Shown: one piece after another, positions 8,964 through 18,184 of the stretch
Layout of the letters: each line of letters begins with the position of its first letter
Position numbering within the stretch: position 1 is the stretch's first letter
The notes under the pieces: model-generated
Database searches by the model: none
What the model was told of the DNA's origin: nothing
What the model saw: the letters and a program-made list of their open reading frames with translations, nothing else
Assembly: GCA_009885535.1 (NCBI GenBank)
Contig: VFKL01000106.1
Coordinates: forward strand, 83 to 64,082
DNA: 64,000 bases
DNA from: Chitinophagaceae bacterium
GTDB lineage: Bacteria; Bacteroidota; Bacteroidia; Chitinophagales; Chitinophagaceae
Direction of reading: 5' to 3'
Made by a program: the position numbers and the translations under genes

Positions 8964-10664
8964 ATGCGTGTAATTTTTAAACCGAATTTGTTTTTTATGC
9001 TTGTTATTTGTTTTGCAATTGGATGCAACGCAAAAAAAAACAATGATTCAGAATCTAACAAAAAAGAATTGTCGGATTTTGGAAAAAAGGTAAAGCAAAG
9101 TGTGAAAAATCAACTTGGTTCTTCTAATGCTTCTTTTACTATTTTGGGCGATTCTGTTACTTTAAACTATGTTGATGTTGTTAATTCATTTTATTCAAAA
9201 TCAGGTTTTGTTCCAATATGGGTTGATGCGGATTCTCTTAGTCCCAAAGCTATTGAATTTGTTCATTTTCTAGATACGTCAATTTATATTGGACTTTTTA
9301 AAAATGACTACCAATTTGAATCATTAAAAAAATTATCCAATTTATTCCAACATAAATCAGAAAATGCTGACGCACTTATTTTTGCGAAAACTGATCTGCT
9401 ATTTACCAATGCTTTTATGCATGTTGTTAAAGATTTAAAACAAGGTAGAATTGTTGTGGATACTATTTCTTGGAAAAATATTCCTGCAAAACAAACTACA
9501 TTTTTTAATCCAATGATGAAACAATTTTTGCAATCTAAAAACTGCAATTTGTTTTTTAGTAAAATTCAACCCAATTGGAAGCCATACTCTGATTTAAGAA
9601 ATGCATTGCATGATTTTGTAAATAAAATGGATACCCAACAATTCACTTATCTAAACTATCCTTATAATAAAAATGTAGCTGTAGATTCATTTTTTTTTAT
9701 TAAACAGTTGTGTAAACGATTTTCAGAATCTAAATATATTTTACAGGATACGTTGAAAAGTATTGATTCTGCTGGATTAGCTTCTATTGTATCTAAATAT
9801 CAACAAGCCAATCATTTAGTAGTTGATGGTAAAATTGGCAAACAAATCATTGGTCATTTAAACCTAACGGACAAGCTTAAACTAAATAGAATTTTGTTAT
9901 CGTTGGATCGATATAAACTAGAGTCCGACTCATTGCCAGATGCATTTGTATGGGTGAATTTGCCTGCTTTTAAATTGGAAGCATGGGAAAATGATAGCAT
10001 TCGGTTTTTGTCAAAAATTGTTTGTGGAAGGCCTTATACGCCAACCCCATTGCTCAAAAGCAACATCAGTGAAATTGTATTATATCCAACATGGACAGTA
10101 CCAGTAAGCATCATAAAAAAAGAGATTTTACCAGGTCTCAAAAAGAACAATAATTATCTGGCTCGTAAAGGATTGCATTTGGTGGATTATAATGGCAATC
10201 GCGTTAACCCTATAAATATAAATTGGGGAGGATTCTTAAAAGGAATTCCTTATAAAGTTCGTCAATCAAGCGGTGAAAGAAATGCACTAGGGGTTATGAA
10301 GTTTAATTTTAAAAATGCGTTTGATGTGTATTTGCATGATACTAATTTACGCAGTTTATTTAAAAACAACAATCGAGCTTTAAGTCATGGTTGTGTTAGG
10401 GTTGAGTATTATGATCAATTGGCAAAATTTGTGGCTCAGTTTGATAGCAGTAAATATGTTGTTACGGATACGTTGAGATACACAAATGATTCAATTGTAA
10501 ATTGGTTGGCGGCAAAAAAAAGGAAACGCATATCAGTTAAAAATGAAATGCCATTATTTATTAATTACATAACTTGTGAGGCATCAAACGGAGAAATTGT
10601 TTTTCACGAAGACATGTATGAGTTGGATAAAAAAATGATTGAATTGTATTTTAATAAAATGTAG
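8964..10664 (+). CDS. L,D-transpeptidase family lipoprotein (YcbB-like)
   Basis: 566 aa. Lipoprotein signal 'ICFAIGC', peptidoglycan-binding-like 'VVDGKIGKQIIGHLN' and the YkuD catalytic motif 'HDTN...ALSHGCVRV'. Confidence 0.8.
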   Translation: MRVIFKPNLFFMLVICFAIGCNAKKNNDSESNKKELSDFGKKVKQSVKNQLGSSNASFTILGDSVTLNYVDVVNSFYSKSGFVPIWVDADSLSPKAIEFVHFLDTSIYIGLFKNDYQFESLKKLSNLFQHKSENADALIFAKTDLLFTNAFMHVVKDLKQGRIVVDTISWKNIPAKQTTFFNPMMKQFLQSKNCNLFFSKIQPNWKPYSDLRNALHDFVNKMDTQQFTYLNYPYNKNVAVDSFFFIKQLCKRFSESKYILQDTLKSIDSAGLASIVSKYQQANHLVVDGKIGKQIIGHLNLTDKLKLNRILLSLDRYKLESDSLPDAFVWVNLPAFKLEAWENDSIRFLSKIVCGRPYTPTPLLKSNISEIVLYPTWTVPVSIIKKEILPGLKKNNNYLARKGLHLVDYNGNRVNPININWGGFLKGIPYKVRQSSGERNALGVMKFNFKNAFDVYLHDTNLRSLFKNNNRALSHGCVRVEYYDQLAKFVAQFDSSKYVVTDTLRYTNDSIVNWLAAKKRKRISVKNEMPLFINYITCEASNGEIVFHEDMYELDKKMIELYFNKM

Positions 10665-10815
10665 AGGTTTAATAATTTAAACCCAATTACAGTAAAACCA
10701 ATTGTATCTTTCAAAAGTGAAAAATAAAAAGTGAAAAAGATTTACCGTCATTGCTGCAAAAAATTAATGTTTCGCTTTTTTAAATTTTATCTTTTAAATT
10801 TTAACTTTAAAATCA

Positions 10816-11247
10816 TTGAACAATAAAAAACGATATCAATTTTTTATTTTAAGTAAATTAACTTTACTGGGGTTGATTATATTGTTATGTTTGAATGTTT
10901 CTGCACAAAAGCATGTTTCAAAACAGAAGAGATCTACAAAAAAGGAGGTTCAAGCAAAAGTATTATATGGACAGGCGAGTTATTATAGCGATAAATTTAA
11001 TGGTCGTAAAACTGCCTCAGGAGAAATATTTAGTCAAAAAAAATTGACTGCTGCTTGTAATCAATTGCCTTTAGGTACAAAAGTAAAAGTAACTAATTTA
11101 AACAATGGAGATTCAGTATTTGTAACGATAAATGATAGACTCCATCCTAAAATGAAAAGGGTTGTAGACCTCTCTAAAGCTGCTGCAAAAAAAATCGGAC
11201 TTACTACTTCGGGTGTAACTAAGGTGAAGGTGGAGGTGGTGGAATAA
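10816..11247 (+). CDS. rlpA: septal-ring lytic transglycosylase RlpA-family protein (DPBB domain)
   Basis: 143 aa. A signal peptide is followed by 'GQASYYSDKFNGRKTASGEIF...LPLGTKVKVTNLNNGDSVFVTINDR'. The apparent start is TTG. Confidence 0.8.
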   Translation: MNNKKRYQFFILSKLTLLGLIILLCLNVSAQKHVSKQKRSTKKEVQAKVLYGQASYYSDKFNGRKTASGEIFSQKKLTAACNQLPLGTKVKVTNLNNGDSVFVTINDRLHPKMKRVVDLSKAAAKKIGLTTSGVTKVKVEVVE

Positions 11248-11248
11248 G

Positions 11249-11540
11249 TCAGAGTGAGAATGAAAACGAGAGCGGAAATTTTATTCTGACTTATTTCTTC
11301 ATTTTCGTTCTGTTTCACGCTCCTTAATAATTTCAGTGTGAAAATGAAAACGAGAGCGTAAATTTCATTCTGACTTATTTCTTCATTTTCGTTCTGTTTC
11401 ACGCTCCTTAATAATTTCAGTGTGAAAATGAAAACGAGAGCGGAAATTTCATTCTGACTTATTTCTTCATTTTCGTTCTGTTTCACGCTCTCTAATTATT
11501 TCAGCGTGAGCATGAAATCGAGAACGAAAATTTGACTATA
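11249..11540. repeat. 84-bp tandem repeat, about 3.4 copies
   Basis: Unit starts are at 11249, 11333, 11417 and 11501 (an exact 84-nt period). The unit is 'tcagtgtgaaaatgaaaacgagagcggaaatttcattctgacttatttcttcattttcgttctgtttcacgctccttaataatt'. Each unit carries imperfect internal inverted symmetry (gaaaatgaaaacga / tcattttcgttc). Confidence 0.9.
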
Positions 11541-11557
11541 CTTTTTTAACTGTTGTA

Positions 11558-11623
11558 AACACCCACATCGGCAGACGAAAATCCCCAACCTTTTGTAAGG
11601 GTTGAAGATTTTCAACCCCTTCT
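11558..11623 (-). repeat. conserved ~66-nt hairpin-containing element, copy 2 (inverted)
   Basis: Its reverse complement, 'gaaggggttgaaaatcttcaacccttacaaaaggttggggattttcgtctgccgatgtgggtgttt', matches 3364-3430. The differences are mostly in the hairpin loop. The stem is at 11599-11618. It is followed by 'cacaaacat' and 'ctcaaacct' short tandem units (11625-11675). Confidence 0.85.
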
Positions 11624-11675
11624 CAAACCTCACAAACATCACAAACATCACAAACCTCTCAAACCTCTCAAACCT

Positions 11676-12512
11676 CTACTTCCTCCTCTCATACGTATAC
11701 TCAAACTTCCCCGCCATTTCGCCTTTGTTTGAAAATATTTTTTCTGATTTTTTAAGTCCATTTTCGTATTCGTATTTCCAAATGAAATAATTCCCATTAT
11801 TGTCAGCCGAGGTATTCATTTGAATAATTTGATGGTTTTCATTGTACTCAAAAACATAATCTGGAACCATCGATTTTTTAAATTCGTTGAGATGTACGAT
11901 GTCACTTAATTGATTTACATCATCATAATAGTAATAATATTTTTCTCCCGTTTTGGTGTTTTTTTCTATGCCGACATTGTTTTTTTCATCTACAGAAAAA
12001 ACAATTAATGTAGTATCATTCGTATTTTTTATCCGTAACATTTGTGTTGGCAAATGGTTTTGATATTGATAAACATGTGCTTCAGTTATCTCATTTTGAA
12101 AATCATCGTCTTTTGAAATGGATTTCGATGTTGTGCTGATCAATTCATCATTTTCATTGTACAAAAAAATCGTCGTGGTTACTACATTTTCTGAGCTGTC
12201 GTATGTTCGAGTTATTCTGCCTTTTTCATCGAAATTACTTATCATCAATGAACGGCCAGTTAATCTATTCTTGGTATATAAACTGTATTTTTTAAAATCT
12301 TTTGAAACTTTTTTTTCACAATAAAAATCTTTACTAATCTCGCCATCAGGTTCAAAACTTTTTACTTGTATGTTTTTCACTTTTGCAAAAACATAGCCAC
12401 GCATTTCTTCAGCAGTTTGCTTGCAGTTGATGATGTCTTTAAAATAATATTGTGCAAATAAAAGGTTTGAAATGAATAAAGCTATCATTAAACTGAACGT
12501 AAACTTATACAT
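11676..12512 (-). CDS. hypothetical secreted protein
   Basis: 278 aa with an N-terminal signal peptide, 'MYKFTFSLMIALFISNLLFAQ'. I recognise no family. It is rich in N, E, K and Y. Confidence 0.5.
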   Translation of the reverse strand: MYKFTFSLMIALFISNLLFAQYYFKDIINCKQTAEEMRGYVFAKVKNIQVKSFEPDGEISKDFYCEKKVSKDFKKYSLYTKNRLTGRSLMISNFDEKGRITRTYDSSENVVTTTIFLYNENDELISTTSKSISKDDDFQNEITEAHVYQYQNHLPTQMLRIKNTNDTTLIVFSVDEKNNVGIEKNTKTGEKYYYYYDDVNQLSDIVHLNEFKKSMVPDYVFEYNENHQIIQMNTSADNNGNYFIWKYEYENGLKKSEKIFSNKGEMAGKFEYTYERRK

Positions 12513-12747
12513 GTTTGATTTTTTACAAAAAGTGAATTTAATTTGAACGAAAGTTATATCAATCCGTATTAATAGATGAACTTCGTTAATTTTATCAAAA
12601 ATACGAAAGCAATTGAATAGGGGATGATTTTTTGAAAAATGATTTTGGTAAAAGTAAAAAGTATAAAAGTATAATAGTAAAAAGTAAAATGTAAAAATTG
12701 TTGATTCGCGTTTTTTGATTTTTTACTTTTCAATTTTAATTTAAAAT

Positions 12748-13521
12748 ATGGACAATCTACTAGGTGACAAATTTCTGCGATTGGTAAATATTATGGATGA
12801 GCTTAGGGAGAAATGTCCTTGGGATAGAAAACAAACTATTGAATCGTTGAGGCAATTAACCATTGAAGAAACCTATGAGTTAGTAGATGCGATTACGGAA
12901 AATGATTGGAAAAATATAAAAGAGGAATTGGGTGATTTGATGTTACACCTCGTTTTCTATTCTAAGATAGCAGAGGAAAAAAGGGAGTTTAATATTGGAG
13001 AAGTGATAGACGGCGTTTGCGAAAAATTAATTACCAGACATCCGCATATTTACGGAGATATAAAATTAGATTCCGAAGAAGCGGTTAAACAAAATTGGGA
13101 AAAAATAAAACTTAAAGAAGGGAAGAAATCAGTTTTGTCCGGTGTTCCTAAATCTTTACCTGCTCTTGTAAAAGCCATTCGTATTCAAGAGAAATCCAAG
13201 CAAGTGGGTTTCGAATGGGAAAATGCTGATCAAGTATGGGAAAAAGTTACGGAAGAAATTAGCGAATTAAAATTGGCAGTTGAATCAAAAAATATTTCTG
13301 ATATAGAAGACGAAATGGGCGACGTTTTATTCTCAATGGTTAACTATGCGAGGTTCTTAAATGTGGATGCTGAAAATGCGCTTGAAAGAACCAATAAAAA
13401 ATTCATGCATCGGTTTGCTAAAATGGAAGCTCATGCCGCAAAAGAACAGAAATTATTACACGATATGGATTTGGAAACCTTAGACAAATTATGGAATTTG
13501 GCCAAAAATGATAAAATCTAA
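12748..13521 (+). CDS. mazG: nucleoside triphosphate pyrophosphohydrolase MazG
   Basis: 257 aa. Tandem MazG domains with 'EETYELVDAI...EELGDLMLHLVF' and 'EEISELKLAV...DEMGDVLFSMVNY'. Confidence 0.85.
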   Translation: MDNLLGDKFLRLVNIMDELREKCPWDRKQTIESLRQLTIEETYELVDAITENDWKNIKEELGDLMLHLVFYSKIAEEKREFNIGEVIDGVCEKLITRHPHIYGDIKLDSEEAVKQNWEKIKLKEGKKSVLSGVPKSLPALVKAIRIQEKSKQVGFEWENADQVWEKVTEEISELKLAVESKNISDIEDEMGDVLFSMVNYARFLNVDAENALERTNKKFMHRFAKMEAHAAKEQKLLHDMDLETLDKLWNLAKNDKI

Positions 13522-13530
13522 ATTTATTAT

Positions 13531-16500
13531 TTGAAAAAAGTATTTTCATTTTTATGGATTAAAAACCTTCGAATAACTTTACTCGTTATATCGGTTGTTT
13601 TATTTTGCTTTTCTTATTTGATAAATAATTTTAGAAGCACTACAACTTCCCCTCAAAAAATTCAAGCTGCGCTTTCAGAATCCATTCATCAACAAGAAAA
13701 AGATTTTGTTTCATTTTTAAAATCTGATGATATTTGGAACAAGATTGCTTTTAATCAATATGGCAATTCGTTTATGCAGTCTTGTATTGAGAAATCCTAT
13801 TTTTTATTTTTCTATTCTATTAATTCGGATGCGAGTGAAAAATTGATTTTTTGGAATACACAAAAAATTATTGCGCCTTCATATATTTTATACAGCAACG
13901 AAAATACAGGTTTTGTAATGCTTCAAAATGGTTATTATGTATGGAATAAAATTCAACATAATGACATCATTGCAATTGCGTTGATTCCTGTAAAATGGAA
14001 TTACTTTATTGAGAACGAACATTTGCAAAATCATTATGCGATAGATGCCAATTTATCAGACTATTACAATATATCTAAAGAGGGTAAAAATGGTAAATTA
14101 ATAAAATCTATTTCAGGTAAATCTTTATTTTATATTAATGAAAAAAGTTGGAGTGCTATTGAAAAAAATAATTCTTTGGCATTGTTTTTATATCTGTTGG
14201 GATTGTTGTTATTATTAATTGATACACATTATGTAGCATTGAATATTTCAAAAAAACATCAACCCATTAAAGGGATTTTATTTTTTGTTTTAAGCGTTTT
14301 TTTTCTTCGGGGAATTTGTTACTTCTTTAATCAGCCAATTAATTTTCGTGCCTATGATTTGTTTAATCCAGTTATTTATGCAAGTGGTCATGTATTCAAA
14401 TCTCTAGGCGATTTATTGATTAATAGTTTGCTATTTACATGGATTGTATTGTTTATTAGATTGCAGCTATTTTATATAGAGTTGCCAAAAAATATATTTT
14501 CTACTTGGCACAAATGGTCGGTTTTGATTTTGTTGGCAAGCACTATTTTCTGTATTAATTTATCAATCAGTAAGTTGATCAAATCATTAATTGTTGATGC
14601 TCAAATACCTTTTGATGTTATCGACTTTTTTTCTTTAAATATTTTTAGTGTAGTTGCTTTCGTAATTATTTGTTTACTTTCTTTAAGTTGTTTTTTTATT
14701 TGTAAGATAGGTGTGCATTTATACAACAGGATTTTTCCTGCTAATATAGCTCCGCTTTTATTTTCTGTTGTTTCTCTAGGTTTATTACTCATGAGCTTTG
14801 ATGTGATTCAAATGCAAAGTAGTTTTGAAATGTTTGTATTAGTGTGGACTATTTTTTTCTTATGGTTAATTCATGTATTTAAATCAAATGGTATTTCACA
14901 AAAAATTATAAGCTCGAAATTGATTTTTTGGTTGGCATTCTTTTCAATTTCCAATAGTTTTATAATTATTTCAGAAAACGAAAAGAAGGAATTGTCGCTT
15001 AGAAAACACTATGCCGAAACACTTGCTATAAAATCCAATCCAGCTAATGAAACACTTATCAATAGCATGTTGTTGGATTATCAACCCAATTTCATGTCTG
15101 CAAATTTTTATCGGTTTTCTAATCCGATTTCAAATGCAGCATTGAAAGATAGTTTTATAGGGATAAGCTATAGCGGCTATGCCAATAAATTCGATACTAG
15201 AATTTTCACTTTTTCTGCGGATGAAAAGTCATTGTTTAATAATGATTCATCAAGTTATAACGACATCAATACCATTTTAAATACACAAGCAAGGCCAACT
15301 GGATATTCTGGATTTTATTATTTTGATCAGGCATTAGATGAGTTTAGTTATTTAAACAAACAAATTATAAAAGATACTTCAGATCAATTGCTCGGTTATG
15401 TTTTTGTAATTTCAACACCAAAGCTTCAAAGGAAAGATGCATTATATCCAGAATTGTTTACAAAAGGTAAACCCATTGCCATTGAAAATTCAAACACTTA
15501 TGCATTTGCGTTATATACCAATGGACATTTAACCAGTAGTTACAACGATTATCCTTTTGCCTCTGTTGTAGACATTCAGAAAAATAAATTGCAAACATTT
15601 AACGTGGTTAAAAATGAAGATTATACCGAGTTGTGGTACTATGCCGGTGCAGGAAAAATGGTAGTTATTGCAAAGGAAAATAATTCATTCGTTGCTTTCA
15701 TAACTTTGTTTTCTTATCTGTTTTGTACGTTTTTGATTTTGTTTGTTTTGTTGTGGACAATTCAAAGTTTATCCAATCAAACCAATTTTAAGTATTTTAA
15801 ATTTTGGCAGATTTCTATTCGAAATCAAATACACGGCACCATATTCTTGGTAAGCATCATTTCGTTTTTGGTGATTGGAATTGCTACTGTTTTTTTCTTT
15901 GTAAATCGCTATGAATCCAACAACAGAGAGAAATTGAGTAGGGTAATTCGCATCATGGAAAAGGAAATTAAATCTACTTTTTTTAATGAGTCAATTACGC
16001 AAGATTCAAGTGATTTAGACATTTCTACCAACAAAATAAAATTAGAACAGCTTGTAGAAAAAGTATCAAATATTCATGGTGTAGATGTGAATTTGTATGA
16101 TTTAAATGGAAACTTACAGGTGTCGTCATTATCATTGCCATACAACAAAGGGATATTAAGTACGAAGATGAATCCTTTGGCATATTATCATCTACATAAA
16201 AAACGAGAAATACAATATTTTCAAAAAGAAAAAATTGGGAATTTGAAATATATCAGCAGTTATATTCCCATCAATAGTGTGAATGGCGAAAGCTACGGTT
16301 ATTTGAACATTCCTTTTTTTACTTCTCAAAATTTATTGCGACAAGAGATTTCGAATTTCTTAATTACGATAATTAATTTGAATGCGTTTATATTTTTATT
16401 AGCCGGCATCGTTTCATTGTTTATAACCAATCGAATTGCCAATTCTTTTTCCATCATCACTGAAAAAATGCAGAAGGTAAATTTGGGAAAAGTAAACGAG

Positions 16501-17274
16501 CCGATTAAATGGGATCGTAATGATGAAATTGGCGCGTTGGTTATTGAGTATAATAAAATGATGGCGAAATTGGAAGAAAGTGCAGCTATTTTGGCTAAAA
16601 CAGAAAGGGAAGGAGCGTGGAAGGAAATGGCCAGGCAAGTGGCGCATGAAATAAAAAATCCGCTTACGCCCATGAAATTAAGCATGCAATATTTGCAAAA
16701 GTCTATTGATAATGATTCACCAAATATTATTCCATTGGCAAAAAATGTATCAGAAACGTTGATTCAACAAATTGATCATTTAAGCAATATTGCCAGTGCA
16801 TTTAGTCAGTTTGCCAATATCAGCGAAGCCAAAAAAGAAACATTCGACATTAACGAAGTTTTAAAAAATGTAACGATGCTTCACGAATTAAACGAATCGC
16901 TTGAAATTAAAAAAATGTTGTTGGATACGCCCAAGATGGTGTTTGCTGATAAAACGCAAATCAATCGATTGTTTACCAATTTGATTTTAAATGCTATTCA
17001 ATCCATTCCGGAAGATAGGTTACCTCAAATAACAATTAATCAGCAAATAAAATCCGAAAAAATAATCATTGCTGTTTCGGATAATGGATTAGGCATATCT
17101 GAAGAGGTGAAGTATAATATTTTTGCGCCCAATTTCACTACAAAAACTTCTGGAACCGGGCTTGGTTTGGCAATGTGCAAACGAATCGTAGAACAATCTG
17201 ATGGCGAAATTTGGTTTGAAACGGAATTGGGTGTTGGAACTACTTTTTTTGTGGAGTTGCCGATGGTAAGTTAA
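13531..17274 (+). CDS. large multi-pass sensor histidine kinase (orphan)
   Basis: 1247 aa. The N-terminal region of about 950 aa has many hydrophobic helices and two large loops. It is followed by a HAMP-like segment, the H-box 'VAHEIKNPLTPM', the N-box 'NLILNAIQS' and the G-box 'GTGLGLAMCKRIV'. The apparent start is TTG, 10 nt after the mazG stop. No response regulator is in the window. Confidence 0.85.
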   Translation: MKKVFSFLWIKNLRITLLVISVVLFCFSYLINNFRSTTTSPQKIQAALSESIHQQEKDFVSFLKSDDIWNKIAFNQYGNSFMQSCIEKSYFLFFYSINSDASEKLIFWNTQKIIAPSYILYSNENTGFVMLQNGYYVWNKIQHNDIIAIALIPVKWNYFIENEHLQNHYAIDANLSDYYNISKEGKNGKLIKSISGKSLFYINEKSWSAIEKNNSLALFLYLLGLLLLLIDTHYVALNISKKHQPIKGILFFVLSVFFLRGICYFFNQPINFRAYDLFNPVIYASGHVFKSLGDLLINSLLFTWIVLFIRLQLFYIELPKNIFSTWHKWSVLILLASTIFCINLSISKLIKSLIVDAQIPFDVIDFFSLNIFSVVAFVIICLLSLSCFFICKIGVHLYNRIFPANIAPLLFSVVSLGLLLMSFDVIQMQSSFEMFVLVWTIFFLWLIHVFKSNGISQKIISSKLIFWLAFFSISNSFIIISENEKKELSLRKHYAETLAIKSNPANETLINSMLLDYQPNFMSANFYRFSNPISNAALKDSFIGISYSGYANKFDTRIFTFSADEKSLFNNDSSSYNDINTILNTQARPTGYSGFYYFDQALDEFSYLNKQIIKDTSDQLLGYVFVISTPKLQRKDALYPELFTKGKPIAIENSNTYAFALYTNGHLTSSYNDYPFASVVDIQKNKLQTFNVVKNEDYTELWYYAGAGKMVVIAKENNSFVAFITLFSYLFCTFLILFVLLWTIQSLSNQTNFKYFKFWQISIRNQIHGTIFLVSIISFLVIGIATVFFFVNRYESNNREKLSRVIRIMEKEIKSTFFNESITQDSSDLDISTNKIKLEQLVEKVSNIHGVDVNLYDLNGNLQVSSLSLPYNKGILSTKMNPLAYYHLHKKREIQYFQKEKIGNLKYISSYIPINSVNGESYGYLNIPFFTSQNLLRQEISNFLITIINLNAFIFLLAGIVSLFITNRIANSFSIITEKMQKVNLGKVNEPIKWDRNDEIGALVIEYNKMMAKLEESAAILAKTEREGAWKEMARQVAHEIKNPLTPMKLSMQYLQKSIDNDSPNIIPLAKNVSETLIQQIDHLSNIASAFSQFANISEAKKETFDINEVLKNVTMLHELNESLEIKKMLLDTPKMVFADKTQINRLFTNLILNAIQSIPEDRLPQITINQQIKSEKIIIAVSDNGLGISEEVKYNIFAPNFTTKTSGTGLGLAMCKRIVEQSDGEIWFETELGVGTTFFVELPMVS

Positions 17275-17409
17275 AAATTAAAAGTTAAAAGTGAAATTTC
17301 AAAATTCAAAAGCTTTCTCGCAGTTATGGATGAAAATTAAAAAAAATATCATTCTAAAATGTCTTTCAAAATGAGGGAATAAATGGTTAAAACCATTAGG
17401 CGACACAAA

Positions 17410-17547
17410 CCATTCCTTAACCCACGGTTTAAACCGTGGGCAATAGAAACTACAAATTCATAACAATCATTTCAATGGTTTCATTGAATGATGAACATAT
17501 TTGAAAAATAAGGCTGGGTAAAACTCAAAATTGATTTTCAAGGGAAT
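17410..17547 (+). repeat. ~140-nt direct repeat, copy 1, with a perfect 20-nt palindrome
   Basis: Sequence 'ccattccttaacccacggtttaaaccgtgggcaatagaaactacaaattcataacaatcatttcaatggtttcattgaatgatgaaca...'. The palindrome cccacggtttaaaccgtggg is at 17421-17440. Confidence 0.9.
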
Positions 17548-17568
17548 AAAAGTTATAATTCAAATTTT

Positions 17569-17706
17569 CCATTCCTTAACCCACGGTTTAAACCGTGGGC
17601 TATAGAAAATACAAATTCATAATAACCATTTCAATGGTTTGATTGAATGATGAACACATTTGGAAAATAAGGTTGATTTAAACCCAAAAATGAGTTTGAA
17701 AGGAAT
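17569..17706 (+). repeat. ~140-nt direct repeat, copy 2
   Basis: This is the same element 159 nt downstream, with a few substitutions. The palindrome is at 17580-17599. It is followed by the 7-mer 'ttcaaaa' x4 at 17710-17736. Confidence 0.9.
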
Positions 17707-18184
17707 TAATTCAAAATTCAAAATTCAAAATTCAAACGACAAACAATAACAAGCAAAGGTCAAATTCCTTCTTGGGGCATCGAATGGGCTTCAAACAAAA
17801 TAAATCAATTTCCCGAAACCGCTTTGTAAAAAACAAAAAATCACATGCATTTGTTTAATTAATTTTATTAGAATCCTTCTAAAATTTAAATATTTCAATT
17901 CGGTAAAAAATCGACTTTAAAACAATGTCTACATTTATATAAAAATGTTATAAAATAGTTATTATAATTCAACTTATAAATAGTAATTTTAACACTGTAT
18001 AAAGTTTTTTATTTAGAATTTCCGACCCCTATAAAAATAAAAACAAACCCAAATCCTATAAAACTGTTCTGAAACGCTGCTTAATTATACGTACGTATTG
18101 CAATATTGTTGATAATCCGTAACAATAAATCGTGCATTTGCTTCAGAGTTATCTAATGAAATTTATAAACTTAAAGTTTGATTT

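Noticed and set aside
11061-11486. 141-aa ORF on the minus strand.
   Set aside because: It overlaps the well-supported rlpA-like gene on the opposite strand. The remainder translates the 84-bp repeat ('KQNENEEISQNEI...' three times), which is an artefact of a period divisible by three.
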